A DNA stretch of 64,000 nt, taken from assembly GCF_009914755.1 (NCBI RefSeq), contig NC_060937.1. The stretch is one strand, 5' to 3'. Shown here in pieces: positions 27,040 to 38,590 of the stretch. This stretch comes from the human T2T-CHM13v2.0 reference genome, Homo sapiens. Both the position numbers and the translations under genes were made by a program. The notes under the pieces were generated by a model, which was not told the DNA's origin, made no database searches, and saw nothing but the letters and a program-made list of their open reading frames with translations. Each line of letters opens with the position of its first letter. Position 1 is the stretch's first letter.

Positions 27040-27845
27040 TCCTGACATCTAAATGGTGGTTTCTAACACCATTGTGAGATACAGCTAAGGACCAACAGTT
27101 TAAATAGATTTCTTCCTGAATTCCAGACTCAGCCACCTGCCTACCTATTATATTCACTTGAGTATGAAATAGATACATCAAACTTCTCTATGTTTTTGTA
27201 AACTTCACATTTCTTTATTTTATCCTTGTCCCTCGAATGCAATTTTCCATTTTTCTGTCATCACTTATTTAGATGCTTGAACCAAAATTTTATTCTTGAT
27301 TCAGCCCCCTCTTTAAGTCATAACTCTTATCCCAACTTGTCTTCTGGTCCTACTAGCAATTACTTGGAGAATATATTCTGAACTCAATCACTTTTAAATA
27401 CCTCAACAATTACGCAGGTCCAGGCATAATTATCATTTTTGGAGATTACTGGAAAAGCCTGCTAAACTGGTACCCTGTTACTACTTCTAAATTCCTCAGA
27501 ATGCTTTCATCAGAAAAGACACACTTTAATTGTAAAAATAAACATCTGATAAATTTCCCTTGTGCTGATAGCCTTTCAATCCATCTGCTATGGCTACGAT
27601 ATGGCTCTTGGGTAGCTTATCATTGCCACATGACTTCCCAGTTACTCCTCTTTACTCCCAAAGGACTTCTCTTTGACCTAAAAGCACTAAAGACCCTAAG
27701 TTTTCTTCTGCTGTGGGTGTTCGTATGTGCCCTCTGCCCGGACAGTTCTTGCTCAGATATTTGCATATATTATTCTATCACTTATTCACCTTGTCAGTTC
27801 AAATCCCACCATCTTGGAGAGATAGTTTCTTACCATGTTCATCAG
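27040..27845 (+). mobile_element. L2 fragment
   Basis: tcctgaattccagactc...cctgcctacct...cacttgagtat...catcaaact, typical L2 ORF2/3' text. Confidence 0.5.
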
Positions 27846-28011
27846 GTAAGAAAATGTTTGATTTCAAATTTAAAAAGCACATATACATACATTCAATTAT
27901 CAGAGACTTAAAGGGCAAGGAGCATTTTTCTCATGTAAAGAGAATTCTGATAGTAAATAGTTTCTGGATGAGTTCTTCTGCTCAACAATGCCATCAAGGC
28001 CCACATTCTTC

Positions 28012-28102
28012 TTTTAAAATTATTTTCATTTGTAATTACTATGGATACATACTAGTTGTACATATCTGTAGAGTGCATGTGATATATTGATAAAAACATA
28101 CG
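28012..28102 (-). mobile_element. L1MA 3'-terminal fragment
   Basis: gatacatactagttgtacatatctgtagagtgcatgtgatatattgata. Confidence 0.65.
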
Positions 28103-28103
28103 T

Positions 28104-28332
28104 AGCAACTCCCCCCTCTCTCTTCCGCCTACTCTGGCTCTATGAAGTGCAGGCTCCTCCTTTGCCTTCTGTCATGATTGTAAGTTTCCTGAGGCCTCTC
28201 CAGAAGCCAAGCAGATGCCAGGATCATGATTCCCGTACAGCCTGCAGAATGATAAGCCTATTAAACCTCCTTTCTTTATAAATTTCCCTGTCTCAGGTAT
28301 TTCTTTACAGCAATGTGAGACAGATGAATACA
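28104..28332 (+). mobile_element. MSTA/MSTB LTR, 3' half only
   Basis: catgattgtaagtttcctgaggcctctccagaagccaagcagatgcc...tacagcctgcagaa...gatgaataca. Confidence 0.85.
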
Positions 28333-28667
28333 GCCACATAAGTGAAAAGTAAACTAGCTTGATTTTTGAACATAAGTGAAACTTTGAGTTTATTTTGTGT
28401 AAACCCTTCTAACAATCATAAGCAAAACTTAAGTCATCTTCCAAAACTGGTATAAGATAATCACTTGCAAGCAATTATCTTCCATCTGGAAACACCCATT
28501 GTAATATCCAATCATTGTAAAGGTTAAATGACTTCCTCATTGTAAGACATCTGGTAAAGACGTGCTTCTTACCACTTTTCACTTTGAGGTCTCTAGGATC
28601 TCTGTATATACTTTTTGTATGACAATAAACTTTTATATTTTTCTTAATTTGATCTTATTTTATTTTT

Positions 28668-29083
28668 TATGGCAAAAGAGACCTTGTGAATGTAAGTTAC
28701 TGATTATGAAATGAATATATTATCCTGTGTTATCAGGGAGGGCCAATGTGTTAGCAAGAGCACTTACAATATATAGGAAGCAGGAGGGTCACAGTCTTTT
28801 AGGAGATGTGGTTAGGAAAGCAGAGGCCATAATGAATGGTCTCTTGGCAGCCAGCCATGAGCTGAGGAATTCAGGCAGCTTCTAGAAGCTTGAAAAACAG
28901 GGGAACAAATTCTCCCTTACAGCATCAAGTAAGGAATACAGCCCTGTCTATAGCTTAATTTTGATCCAGTGAGACTATTTTAAACTTTGGATCTCTAGAA
29001 CTATAAGATAATAATGGACTTTGTGTTTTTTAATCCACTAAATTTGGGGTAATTTGTTATATCAACAATAGGATACTAATGCA
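28668..29083 (+). mobile_element. MLT1D-type LTR
   Basis: atggcaaaagagaccttg...gccatgagctgaggaattcaggcagcttctagaagct...taatttgttatatcaacaataggatactaatgca. Confidence 0.8.
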
Positions 29084-30561
29084 ACAAAAAGTAAAACCGT
29101 TTTTTAACATATTACTTAGAGAGCAAAGTATAATTTTATCAAAGGATGTAAAAATATCTGCAATTCAATGTAAATCAAATATCTTATAATACACCAACAT
29201 TCTAAGATAACATTTAAAATAATCATAACTGTCAAATAAATCCTTCAATGCTATTATCTAACTAATTATACACATCGGAATGAGGCATTGCTAATAAATG
29301 ATTGTGTTTAGCTCTGCATATATTACCCTATGGGTTAGGAAATTCCACATGTCTGTGCTGTCTCTCAGGTCTTTGATATAATGAGAAGGGAGAACTTTAA
29401 ATTATGACTTTTTGATTTAATGCTTCATGGGGAAAATCTTCATTTTCTGTTACATGCTGTAAATATATATTGTCCACGAATAAGTACATATATTTATGTT
29501 CATTTCTAAAGAATATTAAAGGTAATATCACTAGACTTTCTAAAATAGTAGTTCATCATTTAATATAACACAAGTGCTCAAGAGAAGTCACATTATTTTG
29601 AAGATGAATAAATGCTGTTAATATTTTTCTGTATCTTGTATTCTTGATATTTTATTGTCTTTGATTATACAGACTACTTTTTAAAATTCATTTTTAGCCT
29701 TTTCAGCGTACAATATAATATTTAGCTTGTTATTAAAAATTTACATAATTCTAAAGAAATATTTTTTGAACCCTGTCACAGTGATGCCCTTACAGGTTAT
29801 GCCTGTTTTGTGACAAAATGTGATGACACTATTTTATCACCCTTGACTTACTTCACTTTTATTGAATGATAAAGTGTTGTCGGCCTATTTGTTGTTGCAG
29901 CAGTCAATATTGGCAGCTCTCAATAAGCATTTACCATTTCCAGGTTTTGAATAGTGTCTCTATCCCTTCTGAGAAGGTGTAATTATGCCTAGTGTTAAGT
30001 TCATAAGATTTTGATTTGATTGATTATAAAACTAACATATCCAGAGTTAGATATGTATATATAGACAGAAATATAATTAATAATAATTAACTTTGCTTCC
30101 ACATCATGTACAATCAATACCATTACAGTATAGCCATATCTCTTAATCCATCATGTCGAATTTGTACATAGCACCCATTTGTACTTTATTTTATATGACT
30201 AAAATGTCACCACCTAGTAATCCCACAGTAGATAAATTGTCTTTGTCCTATTGTGGTATACAAGCTTTCAACCTCATGAAATAAGATGTGTTTCTATTTA
30301 TTGTAAAACAACAAAACTGTAATTGAAAATGTCTTGACATACAGTAAAACTTAAAAACAGACCTATATATCAAAATCTTACGATGATATTTAGTAACTCT
30401 TCAGTTTCCATGGCAATTACTCAAAATATATAGAATATCAGAATAATATACTTTGCTAGTTTAAGGAAAACATTACCTTATATTCAGAATGTATTTCATA
30501 TGCCATTATTTATGCCTTTGAAGTGACATTTCAGAGACACAGAGAGAGATATTATACACAC

Positions 30562-30906
30562 ATCTGTAAGTATGTTAGGTATGCTGTCTTACTAACAAAC
30601 TTCAAGTCTCGGTGGTTTAACATATTATGGTTTTATTTCTCACCCAAACTAATTCTAATGTGGGCATATAGCTCTTACATCATAAATCTATGCCATCTGT
30701 AATGAATCTCTGGCCTTCAGATTTTCATCCGGGGAAGAGAAATAGAAGGAGAAAGCAAGCAATTGACTGCCACAGGATAGAATTTGTAACCTGATACTAT
30801 GCTCATATTTCATCGACCATCACTAGTTACATGATCTAGGTCTCAACTAAAAGAGATTGAAAATAGAAACACGAGTATTTGGTAAGTTTTAACTGTGGTT
30901 GCCATA
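30562..30906 (-). mobile_element. Old MLT1 (J/K-like) LTR
   Basis: taggtatgctg...ctcggtggtttaaca...gctcatatttcatcgacc...actagttacatg...gccata. Confidence 0.5.
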
Positions 30907-31129
30907 TTACGGCATTCAATAAGAAAACCTGTGACAAAGAACATTAACATTAAAATCACAAACAGAGACCATCAAATGTTTACATAAATAACTAGGGACA
31001 ACACAAAACATGGACTGTCCCTGAGTTAATACAGGTTACAGTCCTATGAGCCAGATAGACAATTAGTCAAATACAATAAGGTGAGATCCATATTATGATA
31101 GTGGAAAAACAAAGCTCTGTAGAATCTTA

Positions 31130-31950
31130 GTTGCTATTTCCATTGCTTTTTAACCCACCTTTCTTTCGGTGTTTCCTCCTGGGTTCTCTTTGCATTTGCC
31201 TGAAAAGCCCTCTCTAATCTTTCTATCATAGAAGATGAATTCTGTAAGTTTTGTTTAGTTTTGCAAATATTATTATTTCCTAATTTTTATAACTATTTCA
31301 CTGAGTAGAAAATTCTGTGTGAAAATATTTTTTCTTTCAAATCTTTAATTCTTTTATCTTCTCACTTTTGTTGCTTCTGTTGAAATGTCAGTTGTCCATC
31401 TTATTGTTCCCTTGATGGTAATGTTTTTGTCTTTTAGATTTTTTTTCTGATTGCTTTTAGACTGTTTGCTTTGTTTGTATGCAGCAGTTTTACTTTAATA
31501 GAAATATGCATGCTTTTCTTCCTTCCTTTCTTGTTCTCTCTCTCTCTTTCTTTTATGTCCCTAAACTCATTTTGTGTAAGGTTATAGTTCTCCTTAACCC
31601 ATTTATGCCTAGTGTTTCATTATTGGAACGCTAAGCTTGTGGGAGTTATTTATATCCTACTGCTCAAGGTCATCACCAAGGTCCGATTTTTCAGACAAAA
31701 AATTTGCAACCTCTGACATAAATGGGCTAAATCTGTGGATCTTTTATCATAAAAAATTCTCAGCAATTATGGCTTTAAACACCACTTCTGCTTCATTTCT
31801 CACTTCTCCCTTCAGGAGTCAAACATGTCTATGTTAGACTTTTGTGCTTGGATCCTAATGCCACTCATACTCTCTTCTCTCTTTTTAATTTTATTTTCTT
31901 TTGTCCAGTCTAGATATTTTCTACTGAACTGTATTTTTTGACAAGATATG
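31130..31950 (-). mobile_element. Ancient L1M/HAL1 ORF1-region fragment (apparently continues at ~37040-37330)
   Basis: tttcactgagtagaaaattctg...ttctgttgaaatgtcagttgtccatcttattgttccctt...aaattctcagcaattat. Confidence 0.5.
31598..31726 (+). mobile_element. MER85 piggyBac (PGBD3-family) MITE
   Basis: TTAA-cccatttatgcctagtgtttcattattggaacgctaagc...gcaacctctgacataaatggg-CTAA; terminal inverted repeats, TTAA-type target and internal palindrome. Confidence 0.93.
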
Positions 31951-34900
31951 TTTATACAATGCTATGCACAAAAATAAGACTTTGTATGACTCTATGTACA
32001 AGACTGGTTTCTTATAACAATTTGAATGGGCAAAACCACAGCAATAACCAAAAAACCTTTTTAATCAAAAACAGAATGGCTGAATGAATTGTGGATTTAA
32101 AAGTTATATATCTATTTTTGTTTGCTTGCTTTTGAACTTTTTATTTTCTTAGGTTTTTGGATAACAGGTGGTATTTGGTTACATGAGTAAGTTATTTAGT
32201 GGTGATTAGTGAGATTTTGGTGCACCCATCACCTGAGCAGTATACACTGAAACCAATTTGTAGCCTTTTATCCATCACCCTACTCCCACTCTTTCCCCTG
32301 AGGCTCCAAAGTTAATTGTATCATTCTTATGCCTTCACATCCTGATAGTTTAGCTCCCACTTATGAGTGAAAACATACGACGTTTGGTTTTTGATTCCTG
32401 AGTTACTTCACTTAGAATAATAGTCTCCATTTCCATCCAGGTTGCTGTGAATGCCATTAATTCATTCTTTTCCGTGTCTGAGTAGTATTCCATCATATAT
32501 ATATATATCATGATATATGTATCACATATATCATCATATGTGATATATGTATCACAGTTTCTTTATTCACTCATTGATTGATGGGCATTTGGGCTGGTTT
32601 TATATTTTTGGAATTGTGAATTGTGCTGCTATAAACGTGCATGTGCAAGAATCTTTTTTGTATAATGACTTCTTTTCCTCTGGGTAGATACTCCTTAGTG
32701 GGATTGCTGGATCAAATGGTACATCCACTTTTAGTTCTTTAAGGAATCACTACACTGTTTTCCATAGTGGTTGTACTAGTTTACATTCCCACCAGCAGTG
32801 TAGAAGTGTTTGATTTTCACATCATCCATGCCAACATCTATTTTTTTTAAAATTTTGGCCATTCTTTCAGGAGTACGGTGATGTTGCATTGTGGTTTTGA
32901 TTTGCATTTCCCTGATCATTTGTGATTTTGAAAATTTTTTGATATGTTTATTGGTCATTTATGTATTTTCTTCTGGGAATTGTCTATTCATGTTCTTAGC
33001 TCACTTTTTGATGGATTTTTTTCTTGCTAATTTGTTTGAATTCCCTGTAGATTCTGGATATTAGTCCTTTGTCAGATGTATAGATTGTGAAGATTTTCTC
33101 CCAATCTCTGGGTTGTCTGTTTACTCTGCTTGCTGTTCCCTTTTTCTATGCAGAAGCTCTTTAGTTTAATTGAGTCCCACCTATTTATCTTTGTTTTTGT
33201 TACATTTGCCTCTGTTTTTGGTCATGAAGTCTTTCCCTAAGCCAATGTTTATAAGGGTTTTTCAGATGTTATGTTATAGAATTTTTATAGGCTTAAGTCT
33301 TAGATTTAAGTCTTTGATCCATCATGAGTTGATTTTCATATAAAGTGAGAGATGAAGATCCAGTTTCATTCTCCTACATGTGGTTTGCCAATTATCTCAG
33401 CAACATTTGTTGAATTAGGTTGTCCTTTCCCCACTTCATGTTTTTGTTTGCTTTGTCAAAGATCAGTTGGCTGTAAGTATTTGGGCTTATTTCTGGGTTC
33501 ACTATTCTGTTCCATTGGTCTATGTGTCTATTTTTATGCCAATATAATGCTCTTTTGGTGACTGTCGTCTTATAGTATAGTTTGAAGTGAAGTAATGTGA
33601 TGCCTCAAGATTTGCTCTTTTTGCTTAGTCTTGCTTTGGCTATGCAGGCTCTTTTTTGGTTCCATATGAATTTTAGGATTGTTTTTTCTAGATCTCTGAA
33701 GAATAATGGTGGTATTTTGATGACAATTACATTGAATTGGTAGATTGCTTTTGGCAGTAGGGTCATTTTGACAATATTGATTCTATCGATCCATGAACAT
33801 GGGATGTGTTTCCATTTCTGTCATCTGTGATTTCTTTCAGCAGTGTTTTGTAGTTTTACTTGTAAAGTCTTTCATCTCATTGGATAGCTATATTCCTAAG
33901 TATTGTATGGTTATTTTTTCCTGCTATTTTTAAAAGGGTTGAGTTCTTGATTTAATTCTCAGCTTGGTTGCTGTTGGTGTATAACAGAGCTACTGATTTG
34001 CATACATTAATTTTGTATCCTAAATATTTGCTGAATTTATTTATTAGTTCTATAACCTTTTTGGATGAGTCTTGAGGGTTTTCGAGGTCTACGATCGTAT
34101 CATCAGTGACCAGAGACAGTTTAATTTCCTTTTTCTGAATTTGTATGCCCTTTATTTCTTTCTTTTGTCTAATTGCTCTGACTGGGACTTTCAGTACTAT
34201 GTTCAATAGAAGTGGTGAGAGTGGGAATCTTTTTCTTGTTCCAGTTCTCAGAGGGAATGCTTTCACCTTTTGCCCATATGGTTGGCTGTGGGTTTGTCAC
34301 AGATGACTTCTATTACATTGAGGTTTGTTCTTTGTATGTCAGTTTTGCCAAAGGTTTTAATTATAAAGGGATGCTGAATTTTGTCAAATGTTTTCTCTGC
34401 TTCTATTGAGATGATCATGTGATGATTGTTTTTAATTCTTTTTATATGGTGTATCACATTTATTGACTTGTGTATGTTAAACCATCCCTGTATCCCTGGT
34501 ATGAAACCCACTTGATCATGGTGGATTATCTTTTTGATATGCTTTTGGAGTCAGTTAGCTAGAATTTTGTTAAGGATTATTGCATCTTTGTTCATCAGGG
34601 ATATTAATCTGTAGTTTTTTTTGTTATGTCCTTTCCTGGTTTTGATATTAGGGTGATACTGACTTCATAGAATGATTTAGGGAGGTTTCCCTCTTTCTCT
34701 ATATTGTGGAATAATGTCAATAGAATTGTTACCAATTCTTCTTTGAATGTCTGATAGAATTCAGCTGTAAATCCATCTGGTCCTGGACTCTTTTTTTGTT
34801 GGTAATTTTCTAATTACCATTTCAATCTCACTGCTTGTTATTGGTCTTTTTCAGGGTTTCTAATTCTTCCTCATTTAAGCTAGGAGGTTTATATATTTCC

Positions 34901-35169
34901 AGGAATTTATTCATCTTCTCTAGGTTTTCTAGTTTATGTACATAAAGGTGTTCAGAGTAGTCTTGAATAATCTTTTGTATTTCTGTGGTGTTGATTGTAA
35001 AGTTTCCCATTTCATGTTTAATTGCACTTATTTGGATCTTCAAGCTTCTTTTCTTGGTTAATTTTCTTAATGGTTTATCAATTTTATTTAACTTTTCAAA
35101 GAATCAGCTTTTTGTTTCATTTATCTTTTCCATTTTTTTTGTTTCAATTTTGGTTTATTCTTGTTTCTC

Positions 35170-35200
35170 TAGTTCCCTGAGGTGTGACCTTAGGGAACTA
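35170..35200. repeat. 14-bp-arm inverted repeat inside L1PB1
   Basis: tagttccctgaggt-gtg-accttagggaacta, 13/14 Watson-Crick pairs plus one G:T. Confidence 0.85.
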
Positions 35201-35553
35201 ATGACATTTTGATGTAGGCATTTAAGGCTCTGAACTTTCCTCCTAACACTGCCTTGGCTGTATCCCAGCAGTTTTGATAGTTTGTGTCACTGTTATCACT
35301 CAGTTCAAAGTTTTTTTTTTTTTTTTAATTTCCACCTTGATTTCATTATTGACCCAAAAATCATTCAGGAGCAGGTTCTTTGATTCCCATGTATTTGCAT
35401 GGTTTTGAAGGTTCCTTTTAGAGTTGATTTCAATTTTATTCCACTGTTATCTAAGAGAGTACTTGATATAATTTGAATTTTCTTAAATTTATTGAGACTT
35501 GTTTTGTGTCCTATCATATGGTCTATATTGGAGAAATTTCCATTAGCTGATGA

Positions 35554-35971
<418 letters not shown>

Positions 35972-37424
35972 GATTTTCTATCTTGATGACCTGTCTAGTG
36001 CTGTCAGTGGAGTAATGAAGTCCCCCACTATCACTGTGTTGCTGTCTAACTCATTTCTTAGGTCTTGTAGTAATTGTGTTATAAATTTGGGAATTTCAGT
36101 GTTAGGTGCATTTATATATAGGACTGTGGTATTTTTCCCATTAGACAAGGCCTTTTATCATTATATAATGCCCCTTTTTGTCTTTTTTTTTTTAACTGCT
36201 GTTGCTTTAAAGTTTGTTTTCTGTTATATAAGAATAGCTACTCCTGCTCACTTCTGGTGTCTATTTGCATGGAATGTCTTTTTCCACCCCTTTACCTTAA
36301 GTTTATGTGAGTTTTTATGTGTTAGTTGACTCTCTTGAAGGCAACAGGTACTTGATTGGTGAATTCTTTTCCATTATGCAACTCTGTGTATCTCTTAAGT
36401 GGAGCATTTAGGCCACTTACATTCAATGTTAGTAACATTTCAAAATCCTTGTCTTCAAGCTCTGAATTTCTTGTTTCCACTTGTTTGATTCTATTGCTGA
36501 GATTTTCCATTGCATTTTATATTTCTCTAAGTGTGTCCTTTATTTCCTGAAGTTGTGATTGTTTTAATTTATGCTATTTATTTCAGTGAAGGTTTCTCCC
36601 CTCACATCTTGTATTTTTTTTTAATTTCCCTAAGTTGGACTTTACCTTTCTCTGGTGCCTCCTTGATTAGTTTAATAATCAACTTTCTGAATTCTATTTC
36701 AGGCTATTCTTCTTGGATTGGATCCATTGATGGTGAGCTAGTGTGATTTTGGGGGGTGTTAAAGAACCTTGTTTTGTCATGTTACCAGAATTGTTTTTCT
36801 GTTTCCTTCTCATTTGGGTAGGGCTATGTCAGAGGGAAGATCTGAGGCTCAAGGCTACTGTTCAGATTCTCAGAGCAGACTGCGAGTTGGGACATGAACT
36901 CCAAAAAATCCTCACAGACCTTTTTGTGTTGTTCTAGAACAAACTCCAGCCCTTACCTTCAGGAAAGTCCAGCCTGAACTGTACTTTAAGTTACTATTCC
37001 TGTTTTTATTATGTCTATCCTGTTGTTCAACCCATTTATTGGCTTATCAAAATCATTTGTGTTTAGAACTAAGATTTTCTTTTCAATCTTTCTTTTTGCA
37101 CATTATACTTCTCTGATTGAAATCTCCATTCTTTCATTTATTATCTCTCTCTTTTACTGTTGTTTCTGAATCATGTTAATCATACTATTTAAACTCCTCT
37201 TTTACCAGTTAAATGAATTATTTTCAAGTATGTAATTATTTCTGTCTGAATTCGTAGTAACTTTTAATTGTATGATGTAAAACTCATAAAACATACAGGG
37301 GTTTGATTTCATAACCATCCATAGAGGGTTCATTGTGTTCTTTATTTAAATTATCATCCATAAACACATTTGTGTGGACTTTCAAATGTGTGAAAAGGAT
37401 GATGCAGACAGTTTAGTAAGTCCC

Positions 37425-37814
37425 TGACCCAGTACATTTGTGCTGCTATAACAAAATACCACAGACTGGAAAATTTATAAACAATAGAAATTTATTTATT
37501 ACACTTCTGGAGGCTGGGAAATCCAAAAGGTGTTTGAAGTTTGGTGAGGGCTCCTCTCTGGTTTTCAGATGGTGCCTGGTTGCTATGTCCTTTAGAGTGG
37601 ACAAACGCTGTATCTTCACATGGTGAAAGAAGTGCAAGGGCCAAAAGAAACTCCCTAGTTCCCTTAAGCCTTTTTATAACAGTTCTAAGCCCATTCATGA
37701 GAGAGCCCTTATGACTTAATCATCCCCTAAAGGCCTTATCCTTAATACTGTTACACTGGGCCTTAGGTTTCAATATATGAATTTTAGGGAGACATATACA
37801 TTCATGCTACAGCA
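37425..37814 (-). mobile_element. MSTD/MLT1A-type MaLR solo LTR
   Basis: tgctgctataacaaaataccacagactgg...ttctggaggctgggaaatccaa...ggtttcaatatatgaatttt...tacagca. Confidence 0.82.
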
Positions 37815-38145
37815 TTTCCAAAGTAGATTGTTAAAGAATATGAACTAAACTTACCAGTTAAATTTTTGCCCAAAATTTCAGTCCTGATTCAAAGATAAGT
37901 GCCAGTTAGAGTTACTACAGTGAGGTATCATGACTTAGATTAAATGTTGCCACCAGACTTACATAAAACACTGTGTAACTGCAAATATTTTTAAAGTAAT
38001 GTATGTCCTTTAGGAAATAAAAAATTCAGTGTGATGGACTAATACAAGTATTTATAACGTGGTAACATTTTCATTTAATAAAGCTCACAGCGGATGTGTA
38101 TTTATTTAGTTGATAAACTTCAAAATAGAATGTTACCATAAGTTG

Positions 38146-38350
38146 CACTGGGATTCTAGATCCTGCTTTCTCTGGCTGTCAGAAGCCAAATTGTATACCT
38201 CTCTGAATATCATATCCACTGATGACTCTTTGGTAGCTTAAAATCAACTGCAGGAACATATATTGCCATGATAGTTAGGATGACTAGAAATCATGGTTCT
38301 CCCTTTTGCTCCCCAAAAAGATATTGGTTAAACATTTCCCACTTACCACT
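38146..38350 (+). mobile_element. MER63A-like hAT MITE
   Basis: ttggtagcttaaaatc...ttaaacatttcccacttaccactg terminus. Confidence 0.55.
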
Positions 38351-38359
38351 GATTACGAC

Positions 38360-38590
38360 CATGATGGAGCATGAAATTTGGAGATAGACACCAAAGCTTT
38401 GAGTCCTGCCACTTAGGAGGTGGGTAGCCTTTGCAGATCACCAAAGGCCTGAAAGTCCCCAGGCCTTTACTGGGAAAGAGTCTTATACACTTTACTCTCT
38501 AGGCTGTTTTGTGGATTTGGTAAGTAGGATATGTAACATAGATTTAACATGTGGTCTGCCATGTAGTAAGTGTTGAATATGATTGAATTA
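38360..38590 (+). mobile_element. MIR
   Basis: tttgagtcctgccactta...ctgccatgtagtaagtgttgaata. Confidence 0.55.

Noticed and set aside
30960-31050. MER94-like hAT fragment (agggacaac...ggactgtccc)
   Set aside because: Too short and diverged to call by eye
32492-32556. Self-complementary AT-rich patch
   Set aside because: Expansion of the (TA)n tract usual at this position in L1PB 3' ends
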